From Hydrolagus affinis (taxonomy: Eukaryota): a stretch of 64,000 bases of DNA. Position numbers and translations under genes: made by a program. The stretch spans positions 1 through 64,000 of the forward strand of contig JAAILG010000832.1 of the NCBI GenBank assembly GCA_012026655.1. Direction: 5' to 3'. Shown here in pieces: positions 1 to 12,300 of this stretch. The notes under the pieces are model-generated. The model made no database searches, was not told the origin of the DNA, and was given only the letters and a program-made list of their open reading frames with translations. The first letter of the stretch is position 1. Each line of letters begins with the position of its first letter.

Positions 1-168
1 ACCGTGCCTTTTGTTCCCCCCCGAATTCTTCGACCTCCCCTTCGTGTTTCACCCCCGCCCAAACACTCCCCTCCCAGCTCGGGTCACACTCCCCCTGTGC
101 AGCGCCTTGGGACGTCCTCCCGACGTGAAAGGCGCTCTATAAATGTAATTTGTTGTTGTTGTTGTTAT
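1..168 (+). mobile_element. L2-clade LINE 3' end
   Basis: C-rich 3' region, then cagcgccttgggacgtcctcccgacgtgaaaggcgctctataaatgtaattt(gtt)n; same tail follows ORF2-like coding at 47100-47474. Confidence 0.75.
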
Positions 169-224
169 TATGGAGTTAAGATACAAACTCATGTTGATCA
201 CTATTATTAGTGAAAAATTCACTT

Positions 225-529
225 TAATAATAATCCTTGCATTTGATATAGCATTTTTCACGTCTTCTAGACGTCTCAAAGCGCTTCATAGAACACTGTA
301 TACTGTAAAGTGAATTGACTATATATTCGTGGGCGAAACGTGGCAGCCAATTGCGCACAACAGTGTTCCACAAACAGTCGTGGATTGAAATGCCCAAATT
401 ACTGTATATGTTTGAGGGATTATTATCAGTTGTGTGTGGTAAGGAAACTTGCCCAAGGTTTCACCCTGCCTGAAATTGGATCCTGGTATCTTGTAAGGCA
501 AGTGCTCTAACCACTGAGCTACAGGATTC
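225..529 (-). mobile_element. tRNA-headed Deu-domain SINE, full length (young family)
   Basis: A box TAGCTCAGTGG, degraded B box, central GTGCGCAATTGGCTGCC, L2-like tail ending in (ATT)n; colinear with many other copies in the window. Confidence 0.85.
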
Positions 530-1270
530 TACTTTGCAGTATATTCTGTGAAGTGCTTTGAGGTGTCTCAAAGGTACAATAAGGTGCCATATCAAATGGA
601 AGGATTATCATCATTTTTATTAAAAGACAGTGGAAATTGATTAGAAAGACACTTTCCCCGGGAGAATTAATAGTAGTCACCTAGGCAACTCACACGTACT
701 TCCTGGATACCAATAGAACATTGTATTTGTCCTTGTAGAGTCCATTCTGCAATTCATTTGCCCATTTCCTTGATGTGGTGAGGATGTGCGACCCAGATAT
801 ACGAAGGGCAGAAACAGAAGTTACCAAGTTAATTCTTTCTATAGATTTTGGTGCACAAATAAATAAACAACTATAAAAGGGGAAGAAACTACAGTCTTCA
901 GGAGACATCGGGATCCAGGAACACCACACTGTCCAATTAAAACAGATAAAGTCTAACAAGGTTGTCCGATTGTTTTTGAAAAAATAATTAAATGACCCTT
1001 TTACGATTCAATTTTTTAATGTTATTAAAGATACAATGTTTAGAAAGTCAGTAGAACTTTGCTTGCACACAGAACAAATTTGCTCCCAATAGATTAGCAG
1101 CTGGAAATGATACAAATTTGCTTTAAGTAACATAAATGGGATATCATTCTCTCACCGACTAATCTTTCAAGGCCTCAAAGCCCCTGTTGTTGCAGCCATA
1201 TTCCTTTGGCTGAGGTAAACTGGGCTGTGATTGCTTGGCAGGAGCTGCACAGATTTGGAGAATCATATGT

Positions 1271-1312
1271 ATTATGTAAATTGTATATTCAATTATGTAA
1301 ATTGTATATTCA
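1271..1312. repeat. 21-bp tandem duplication ATTATGTAAATTGTATATTCA x2
   Basis: Directly visible. Confidence 0.95.
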
Positions 1313-1599
1313 AGTGCTAGAAACACATGTTAAATTATTGACGATTACCTTACGTAACACAATGATTCCACATTGCAGGTTGATTTCTGGAAAAAAATCC
1401 CCAACTTTCTGACTGGATTACAACATATGTTCATTTGTGTGGAAAAATACTCAAGATAAAAATATTTTTGAATATTAAATCTTGTAAAAGATTTCGGATG
1501 ATGCATATGATCAATATAAACATGTGGAATCATATGCTACATGAATAATGCTGAACTAAACTTCCAAATTGATGTAAACAACACTATATAGTAAAAGAT

Positions 1600-3042
1600 G
1601 ACTAAAAAAATAAGTTTATTAGTAAACATAAGGAAATGCATATTTTACAGGAAAAATCGGTAAATTATCATTTTCTCTTTGGGCTTAAGAAGTTTGTGTT
1701 AACTTCAGCAATGGGAAACCCACAGCACAGTAAGGAATGAAAAACAATATTTTCCCTTTAAATCATGAAAAGTTTATTATGATCAGGTTATAATCTTAAA
1801 GTTAAAAGAGAAGCACTGATAAGTGTTTTATACAAGCATTCTCATTAGTGAAGTGAAAAGGCTAGTGTTAACAACTGTCAAGCAGAGCTAACATACATTT
1901 AACAAGGATACTTTCTTAGCAGGCTTTTCTCACCTCTGCGTAACAGAGTATCTTGATAGTGTTTGTGTATTCCCTTATACGGTTAAAAACTAGGGCAACC
2001 AGCACATGACTATGTTGAAATCCCCAAATTTTCAAGTGGGCTGTTGAGACAGCAGTGGAAATGCAAGTTAATGCATTTCTGGTTAACATTAAAATATATA
2101 TTAAAGCTGAACTACATTTCTTGGTCAGAACAAAGTAACACATAAAATTAGACATTGCTGTAACACATACCAGATACATCAATATTTGTTATCAAACACA
2201 GCAAGTGCAAACACAAAATAAAAAAAGGGACAAAAATCATGTAAAAGTCTATGAACAGCAATCTTAGCAGTTGATATTTTGCATTTAAGTATTTTTTCTT
2301 AAAGATACAGGTTATTGTGTCGGGATTCTAAGCAGGTCCATAATACACTACAGTGTGGAGCCGCTTTGGAAATGTTCTATTTGCACATTTTTTGTACTTT
2401 GAAATACTCTGATGCCCAATTAAGACTGTCTACTGACATTTCTGACCACAAAGTGCCTTGAAGGCATAATCTCATTTGATCCAGTAAGACCATCATGGTA
2501 TATTTAAGTCACAAAACAAATAAAATTTTGTTCTCTTTAGCATAAAATACGATCAATATTGCACAAGATGATGCATCTTTTTCATAAGCAACCAATATCC
2601 CAAGGGCTCCCAATTCCATTCTCTGAAGTATTTAATGTAAATAAATTATGATGTATGTATTTCAAGTTTAAAAAGCCAACAAAGAGGAAGCTATATAATA
2701 CTGTCGACATCTTTTCTTCCCCTCGTCCTTTCATGAGCCTTCGCCCATAGTACCATATGGCAATGATAATTATATTGGAAAGGTTTGGCAAAGGTAACAC
2801 AGACAAAGGAACAGATAAAATGATCCCCTTCCCCCCGCCCCACCCCCCCACCCTCCCTCTCCCCACTCCCATCCCAATTCAGTATGAAACACGCATCTCC
2901 ACCACTTATCATGGCTGACTCCCATGTCATTCCCCACATCAGTCCCTTTGTTTTCATCAGCAGGCCAGACTGAAGTCTTGTTGACTGGAGCCACCTGGTT
3001 TGTGATATGAACCAGAAAACTTCATTTTGTTCATAGTGACAG
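1600..3042 (-). other. EVI5: Putative EVI5 3' UTR with candidate AATAAA signals at 1773-1778 and 1615-1620 (true end unknown)
   Basis: AT-rich stretch with no recognised repeats after the stop codon; tttatt on + strand at these positions. Confidence 0.5.
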
Positions 3043-3381
3043 TCACACAGTGGTGGAGAAAGAATCCTTCTGTTTCTGACTCCCTGTGCAGACCTGCGAG
3101 CTGCTCGTCTGACTGCAATGATCGGAAAGCATTGTTCTGTCCTCGTCGTCGCTGTCTGAACTGTCTTCGCTGTCCTTCTCAATAGTTTCCATTTGTACAT
3201 TTCTGCTGTGGTGCTGAAAATGGTGTGGAACCTCCAAGAAATGATTGACTCTCATAGAATCGGTTACGAGATCTTCATCAGAGGAGTGAAATGAGTCATC
3301 ATCTACCAAGTGGTTCACAATGTGGATTCCATCAAAAGTGGGTGGGCCTGAGAAGTTTCTCTGTCCTTTTAGGCACCTGAT
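3043..3381 (-). CDS. EVI5: EVI5 last coding exon 20 (339 nt including TGA; IRCLKGQRNFSGPPTFDGIHIVNHL...DSFSTTV*)
   Basis: aacag|ATC acceptor; GIHIVNHL, SFHSSDED and terminal STTV (class I PDZ-ligand-like) match EVI5. Confidence 0.95.
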   Translation of the reverse strand: MRCLKGQRNFSGPPTFDGIHIVNHLVDDDSFHSSDEDLVTDSMRVNHFLEVPHHFQHHSRNVQMETIEKDSEDSSDSDDEDRTMLSDHCSQTSSSQVCTGSQKQKDSFSTTV

Positions 3382-6300
3382 CTGTTGAAAGAAATGATGA
3401 TTATTTTTCTTCTGCTGTTCAGTACTTGGCCCCCTTCTAACCACATTTAACTCCAGCCTACTGCCGTGGTTTTTTTTTGTAAACAGTTTGAAAAGATTTT
3501 CATCAAATCTACCATTTATATTACGATGAGTCGAATGACATAAAAAATACTACAGTATATCCTGCTAGCTGCAGCTTACTTTCCTTATGATATGAGCCAG
3601 CATTCAATGCAATATCAGATTTAGATTGATGATTGTACATACCAAGTAATCTTAACAATTTGTCAAATTATTGCTTTAGTTCAATTTAAAAATTTACATA
3701 AACCAACGCAAATGAATTTGGCTGTACAGGCAATCAACATTTGATCTTCACCTGATTAGGGTAGAGACAGATGCAAACCACCTAGCTGCTATTTTAATAT
3801 CGTTTTCATCCTCAAATTTTCCACCCTACCTGCCTTAGCTTATGATTTGCTGCTAAATGTGCAATATAAATTGGCGTTGAGCCCTGGAGTCTTTATTGAA
3901 GGAGTGGCTTAGTGAACTGGCCAAGAACTTTCAAGTACTGTACTTATTTTTTTTTAAAAACATTGAAGATGATCATAACATTAGACCTTCAATAACATTA
4001 AAATGAAACGCCCCTTTCAGTTTGCTGTGCACGCACAAAGCTCTAAAAATCAAGCACCGGCGATTATTTGAGTTGAGAACACAATATGCTCTTTAATAAA
4101 ATATATATAGTTTAAAACTTTGATCGGTTTGCTCTGCATGCACAAAGCTGTAAAATCATGCCCCAGTGTGAAATGAGAAGTGAAAATAAACTTGCATCAC
4201 TTTTTTATACCAATGGTATCAAAGAATCTCAACTCCCAGTAATACGTATGTATTCTAGTTACATGAAAGTGAGATCTCACTTCTCCCTCTATTATTCATT
4301 ATACTTTTGAAACAAAAAAAATCTGACTCAAGTTAATAACACATTTGCCTTTGGAACCTCATGTCCACATGTCTGATAATCAAACAATTCAGAAGTGCAA
4401 CATAAACGATACTAAAAATTCCAAATGTAAGTTGTATAAAATGTTTGCTGGCTATCACAAAAATATAATTAATAATACAGGAGATGGGTAGAGCAAATGT
4501 ACAGTATCACTCGCTGGTTAGATATGTAAAGGTGATTTGAAGTTTATGAAGGTACAAGACAAAACCTATTCTACAAGGAAGCAGTTAGAAAGGGAAGTTA
4601 TTAATATTAGTAAAGAGCAGAAAAATCAATTATTAGGGGTTCTGGTAGAGGGTGTGGTGCAATTTAAAAAAAATCTATCACGAGATGACTATTTACAAAA
4701 TATATTACTTTTTTTAAGAAAAAAGTACTCTCATGAATGTACAAAAGTACAAATCTTCTTTGGTAGACTGAAGAGTAAACATGAACACAATTGCAAAGAA
4801 AAAAAGTGGAAAAATATTCAGCGTTTTAATCCTACAAAAGTACTGCATATGAAAACACAGTTCAAAATTTACACAAACACAATGTTGTTGGAAGTCAAAT
4901 GAAAAGATTGAATACTTCACAGCAGAATAACCGATCAATTAACCAATCTGGACCAGTATTAAAATAAAAAATTAGGATGCAGTATGATGAGAATGATTAG
5001 ATTCTTGTCAGAGGAGGGTTTTCACTCATACAAGTAAATAAAAAGGGAGTTTATGGATTGCACCAGTTAGCAATGGATTGGGGACATACACCATTACTTA
5101 CCCGAAGGAGACTGCCAATCAGTTGTGCATGTGATTGAAGGAGGGAGTAAAAAGACATTAATTTAGAAGACATCACACTATCCATACCACTGTGCTAAAG
5201 AGTCAATAAAGTTAAGCAGGGACAAGGTTCTTGAATAAAGAACTTTACGTAAAAAGGTGCATCGATCCACTGAAACAGCAGGGCCCAACAGTAATGTGTG
5301 CCCATAGTTAAGTTTAAAGACAGCTACTGCTAAACACGATTTAACTAGTGCCAGCAAACCATTCGACAGAGGCGCCATCACAGCTGAGCCAAACTCAGTC
5401 TCAACCAAAACCTACATTTCCAGCAGCAATCACTAGATAATTTGTTTCCAGACCTTCTCCATTACTTTCCCATTATTACCAGTGTCCCACTGCTGTTCTC
5501 CCAGCAGTATTTAATTCATTGGTTAAATAAATTGGATCTTTTTAATCAATTTCATGACAAATAATGTTTAAGAAAATTCAAAGTACAATATTTCCATTAT
5601 TCACTGACGCCTTGTGTGCCTGGAAAGAAAACAGCTGTTCTCCCTCTAGTGTGCAACATACTCAAGATTGTCTGGAAATTGCATTAAAGAGTGAAAAATA
5701 GGAGCAAACGGGTAGGTTCAAGCAACAAGTCACGGTTTGGGTGAACTGCCCCAAACAACAATTTTTTTTGTTTAGAAAGCCCTTCTTTAAACACCTAAAG
5801 GAGATTTCAGGGAACTGTAGCGTTGTGTTGTATATGGCTGACATATTAGAGATTGTGTAATGTAGGAGTTTGAACACCCCAAGCAACACACGCTCTCGGA
5901 GGAGGCAAATGTGAGAGAAGATAACCCGAAACCCTACCTCAACATTGACCAATCTAACTGATAAAGAGGCCTGACCAGGATGAATCTGCATGTGTCCACT
6001 TCTGCTTGATAGATTTCATATTGCAAGAGAGGAAGTGGAGAGGACCACGAGCAGAACACAAGTACGCATTAGATTAAATCTTAAGGCACTGTCATCAATT
6101 CCTGAGTGAGCTTCTCTAACTTTCAAAGTGCCTCCCTTTTCACTGCAATCCATCTCTGAACACACACTGTAAACTGAAAATGTACGGTCAGTGGAACAGC
6201 TCCGGTCACGACACGTTTCAGGGAAAGTGTTCCTGTACCTTATACTGTACAAAGTTTAAAGCAAATAAGGAAATGGACTGCCAGTGAATTTGCCGTTACG

Positions 6301-9300
6301 CTGCTTAAGATTTTTTGCTGAAACTCGCAGGAACATAAAATGCTTTTCAGTTGTGGCACTGCTGAGGAAACAAAATCTCACTGACAGACAAATAAATTTA
6401 ATACTGATTCAGATAATTGAAAAATTAATTGCATATCAATAAACACCATGACACTAGGAATGGGAGAAGGATCTTTGATAAATCCCAGAGTTGCGTTGGT
6501 AGCACATCAGATTTTTAACCTGACGTTGTTACAGTGATCTGAGGGAGCACGGTTTAAGTCCTTGTTCCGCACCCTCATACAACAGAACAGGCTTCGAGAG
6601 GCTGAATGACTTCCTACTGTTTATATCTACTCAATTAGACAAAAGGTAATCTGCTCCATTGTGATCCCTTTTCCATGTAATCTACTCCGAAAGGAGCAGC
6701 GTCCCAAACAGGTTCCTGATAGTATTTGCTGATGTGAGATACAAAAACGGTGATTGTTATATCAAAGAGAACAAATAAATATTATCAGTAAGATTTTTTT
6801 TAAAAAAGTTATCGACATGAGATGATTTCCTTATTTCTTCAAACCAATCAATGGAAAAATATCTAAATGAAACCTTATTAACAACTCGTTGCAATATTAA
6901 GAAAAAAATGCAATCATACTATTTTGTGACTGGATGAAGGACATTACTTTCCCTCCTTCTGCTGCTAGGCCAGAAAATACTTAGTGTAAATTTAGGAAAA
7001 AAAACTATGTTTTGAAGGTTCAACAATCTACATGGTTGCATCATTATTATTCTTTCGTATACAATTTGAGTCAGAACATTGCCAATAGGTTTGTCACTGG
7101 AGTTTATAGCTTCTAATGCACTGTTACATTTTTCTGTGGTTTCGCATCGCGTGAAAAGAAGTCCACAGGAAGTCCATTTTACTGAAGAGTGGACAAAGTA
7201 CATAGATTACACCCGAAAAAAGCAAGCAATGCATCTCATATTCTTAATCTCATATTCCACATTTCAAGTCTAGATATTAATGCTTAAATCAAGCAACAAG
7301 AACGATTAAACCTAACTGCTCAGCATGTATCATCCATCTAGCATCTCTTATGTTCTTATACATAGTACATAGGTAATTTGGGACAAATGTACATGCGACC
7401 ACCAGGAAGGTGGAAGGCGAACTAACTGGACCTTGTCTTTTCTTATGTTTTTATGATTCTGAAGAATCTTAATAGACATTTAATGGGCTAGAAAGAGCGA
7501 CAAAATCTGCTCAAGTGTAAACGTGACAAAAATTAGCTATGTGAAGAACCTGAAACCAGAAGGTTTCCAGTGAATCAGAACAGGAAACCAGAATAAAGCA
7601 CACTTTGATAGGTCATGACTTCTTGATAGCTGTAAAATAGAAAACCATGATTTGAGTCCACTGGCTAGTCTGCAAATTTGTCATCACATGAAAGGTTAGA
7701 TGATTGAAGTCTCTAGCTGAAAAAGCTTTAAAAACATAACCACCAGTTCTCTATTTGACATTCACCTATGTGTGACCTTGATTTGCAGCACAAAAGCCCT
7801 TACATTTGAAATGATTAGAAATGAGATTTTGTTTATCATTAAATTGACCGCCCTAAAAATTGTGCCAATGTGTTGGACCCTGCAATTGTTAACTGAAAGC
7901 AAAAGTAGAAGGAATAAAATTTTCACAAAGTCCTAGAATAATGGGGTTTTGGAATGCTGGCAACATTATGCATCACTGGCAAAGGAGGAAGCGCTGGCTT
8001 GAAATCATGGCCTCTCTTCCCAGGCATGTGGACAGGCACAATATGATCGAGAACTGTGCATGTTTCATTCTCAGAAGATAAAGGTTATGGTGCTCGGAGG
8101 TAGGTGGTGTAAGGAATAGATATAAGGACCATATGTTACCCAAACTTTTACATTGGTAAAGGCTTCCCCTCCCCATGCTTGAGGGTAAGTTTGCACATGG
8201 AGGGAATCTGAAAGCACTCTGTTAATGACGAGAAACTTCCAGGTAAGAGGAGGAAGAGGATGACACAGATAGCAGTGTGATCCTCTCTTTAATCCCTGGC
8301 CTCACATGACAACACAGCTCTGCAGCCAGCATTACAACTGCAAAACTCCACTCAGATCAGATCAAGGTATCTCAAAGATAATTTGACAATACTTGATGGA
8401 GCTCTAACCATGGTAGAGATGTAGATGATAGATTATGATAAGTCTGAATGCACAGTGAGGACACCAGAAGAGGGGAGTGGGGTTCTCAAAGTGGCTGCAA
8501 CAGTTTTGTGGTTTGAGTAGAATGAGGCATTGGCCTCCCTTTTCCTCCCCCTGTACCCCACTATTTGGGATCACACATTCTTTCCTTCTTACACAAGTAG
8601 AGGATGCACTGAATCAGGTTAGAGAGCGTACAAGACATCACCGGTTAGATACTGGAAGGAGAAAAGTCAGCGATGTGTGCCTGGCTACAGGTAGTGTTAA
8701 GGGATGTAAAAGTGACTTGAAAGCAAGTGTGCCTCTACTTCCAGCAGTATAACCATGACAAGTTTTATTTAATTGATGCAACTATTTCTCTTTGGCTTTT
8801 CAAATAAATCACATTTTCTAACCCAATAATAATAAACCAGATAATCACACAAATATAAAATCTATAAATCTTGACCCCTTCAAGATTTTTAAAAATTTAA
8901 ACTATTTATTTAGAAACAAATTACTCAGGCTCTGAAAAATATTCACCAGTAGTTGCAGGATAATCTTACTTTAAAATTACAACAATATAAAAAAAACAAC
9001 TACTTTTAGATAACATTTTAAAACTTTTGAATTTACATGCACAACCAGATTGTAATAATAATTCTTGCATTTAATATAGCGCTTTTCACATCTTATCGAT
9101 GTCTTAAAGCGCTTCGCAGTATATACTGTAAAGTGAATTGACTATATTTGTGGACTAAACGTGGCAGCTAATTGCGCACCGCAGTGTCCCACAATCAGTC
9201 ATGGATTGAAATGACCAATTTTTATTATTGTGTTTTTTTTGGACGGATTATTATTAGGCAAGTGTGTGTGTGTGGAGTAAGGAAACTTGCCGAAGGTTTC

Positions 9301-12300
9301 ACCCTGATCTACCAGGATTCGAACACAGGTCTCAAGCTTGTAAGGCAAGTGCTCTAACCACTGAGCTACAGGAGCTCCATTGGGTTCCATGTACATTGTA
9401 GCACATTCTTGTCATTTAAATTATGATCTGTTCTCAAGAAAGTGAACAATACTCTGTGCATCAAGTATTACTGCTCAAAATATATAAAATAAGTGGAGGC
9501 AGAATGCATTAAGACCTAGCATTTCTATGCATCAACGCAATTCAATTGTATTACTATATACATTTTACTTTAAAACAAACACTGGTCACTCCGCAAGTTT
9601 CAAGTTTGCAAGGCAATTTCCTGTTGACAAACTTCCTTTCCTTGGTGACGCTTGCTATACAGAGCAGCAAGCCTCATAGCTGTAGATACTTTTGAATCCA
9701 CTGTAAATTTGAGTGATACTGTATAGTTCAAACCTTAATTATTGCGGTTGCCTAACTGTCCAGTGCCTTGGGAAGGTCTCCTGACATGCTACAAATGTAA
9801 TTTGTTGTTCTTGTTGTTAACAGCAGAGGTGCATTTCCCCATCTACTAGAAAGTTTTGAATGCAATTGTACAATGCAAATAATCATATTCAGTGCATTTA
9901 AATAAATCAATTTAAGCAACTTTTCATTCAGCTCATTTTGTTATGTGCACAAGTTATCTTTAAACAAATCAAAATATATTAAACTCCTCACTTATTTGAA
10001 CAACTTTTTAAACTTCAGGGCTTTTTCCTCAATTCTATCCATATCCTTAACTATCAATTGTGGCATGGAAAGGGAGATAGATAATCATCCAATTAAAGGA
10101 GATTAACTAACGTGCAAATGTTTCCTGCGTTTTACCGATTGCAACAATAATAACATCAAATTGCATTTACAAAGCACCTTTCAAGTCAGGAGGATATGCC
10201 ATGGTGATGGACGGTGAAATGTTTGCACTCTGAGTTGAAGGTTGGAATCCAGAGGACAAGGGGAAGATGACCGAAAGCATGTCTGTGAGGGGGGTCTTAA
10301 GGTGGGCTTTGAAGGAGGCAAGCGACGAGGTATGATGAGGGGCCTCCGAGATGGAAGTTCCAGAGGGTTGGGGCAGATCGGCTGAAGGCCCATGGTGCAA
10401 CATAGGTGTCCTACATTCTTAGTTTCTCCCTTCTCTTTCTTATTTCTATTAAAACTTTAGCAATTTTTAGAACAAAAAAAAATTGTGTGAAGCTTTTACC
10501 TTGCCCTTTTCAAAAGAAAAACAGGCCTAAGATTGTTCCCTACAATTGTGCAAAAAATACCTGGAGCTGGAATGGGAATGGGCCTAAACTTTTCCATTGC
10601 CACTGTTTGACGATCTATCAGTTTTCAATAATTTACGTACACTCGGCCAATTGGGCTGATTGCATTGGCAAGGTGATACCAATGATTCATTCTTTAATTC
10701 ATATTGGACTGAGTAATAGGTCAGTGTGATAGTGGTGTACAGCTACAAGTGCGATTAGGAACTACATTGGCTCAGCCTTTCTGAGTAAAAACGAATAGGC
10801 TCTGGAAACACCTAATGTCCCCAGTGTCCTCCCATTAATTTAGTCCTACACAACTACTGTAAACAATGTATGTTAGACAGTTGGAGTGTACTTGGTAGGT
10901 TTCAGTATAGAAACTGCAAAAACAGAAGCAAACAAGAAATTTTAATGCTTTTACTAATGTTACTAAAAATCCTTGAATAAAGTCATTGTTTAACACCAAA
11001 CTTTTGGTGTTATGCAAAAGCTTAATTCTATGCATTTAAAGTGGAATCACACGAACATACAGCTGACCTAATAAAACTGTTCATTATGATTTTTGTCTCT
11101 CCACAACTGCACCACAAATCCTCCACCTTTTTCCTCAAAATTGCGTGCATGAATGTCATGAAACTCTTCAGTTTTTTGCATCTTACCACAAAAAAGATAT
11201 TATTTATTAGCAATACCCCGAGTGGAGTCTAACACCGTGTCCATCGCTCTGACAAGCAAACAAAGAAAAATTGTGTTTTGAACACTTTGCATTGTGTAGG
11301 CTAGGAAGAGGCAACCAGAGCTGATGCATTAAGGTTTGGGTGCCTGAAAATCATGTGACCCTTGTGAATGCTATCTTATCACATCACAGGTTCCTTAGGC
11401 TGACCACAACCACTTAAATCAGACTAAACCAGCGAGGTGACTCGGGATTTTTGACACGTACCAACAATCTGATACAGTTTCTGGTCACTGAGCAGCATAC
11501 AAACCTCTGCTGCATCGAGTGCAAATCTGATCATCACTTCTTTGGCTAACTGCACTTCTAAGATAGGGTGAAATGGAGCACATAACGTGAAGATTTACTG
11601 GTGCATTTTTTTCAATTCAAAACAAAGTGCGTTTTCCTTTTTGATTGGGGCGGGGGAGGAGATAAAACTCGATTCACAGAAATACTTTCCGTTCCAAGTT
11701 TGCTTGTCCCAAACCGTCTTGGTAGATATCAAAATTGTTAATGCTTTGTCTTACCTATTGATAACCAGGAAATAATTCTAACATATTAGCAATACAAGCA
11801 AATATTTTTTTTGCTTTCATTTTCCGTATCTAATGCATTAAGCCCTTTCAAACTGCAGATTTGTCAGTGGCTTAGCAAATCTACATATCAAATGCCATAG
11901 ATGTATAGAACAGGAAGTTCTAAAGTTTGAACCATAGTCTGTGTTGATCACAGCTAGGACAGCAGGGGAGGTTGGCTTCAATCAAGCTCAGCTTCCTGAG
12001 ATAGGGTTCCCATTTCTGAATCCACCTTCCATTGCTGTATACTTGTAAACAAAATTGGACTCAGTTTCAAGAACCATCACCCACCCACTCCCCGTCAAAT
12101 AGCCTTCAATATTCAGTCATTTATGAATAATAATAATCCTTGCATTTGATCTAGCGCTTTTCATGTCTTCTCTCAAAGCCCTTCACAGAATATACTGTAA
12201 AGTGAATCGAGCACAGCAGGGTCCCACAAACAGTCGTGGATCGAAATGACCAATTTATTATTATTTTTCTTGCGGGATTATTATTAGGCGTGTGGAGTAA

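Noticed and set aside
2204-2211. miR-19 / miR-130 seed match (TTTGCACT on the mRNA strand) in the 3' UTR
   Set aside because: Single 7-mer matches are common and cannot be supported without conservation data.
2691-3200. 169-aa ORF overlapping the last EVI5 exon in another frame
   Set aside because: No recognisable homology, runs into low-complexity G-rich UTR, and its ATG is internal to the exon. Probably a chance ORF.
4537-4902. 121-aa Lys-rich ORF
   Set aside because: Non-ATG start, A-rich composition, probably decayed LINE sequence; no splice or homology support.
9310-9378. tRNA-like sequence with A and B boxes (also near 529, 23992, 27322, 28127, 53438)
   Set aside because: No complementary acceptor stem, variable anticodon loop between copies, and always fused to the same SINE body. 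These are SINE heads, not tRNA genes.
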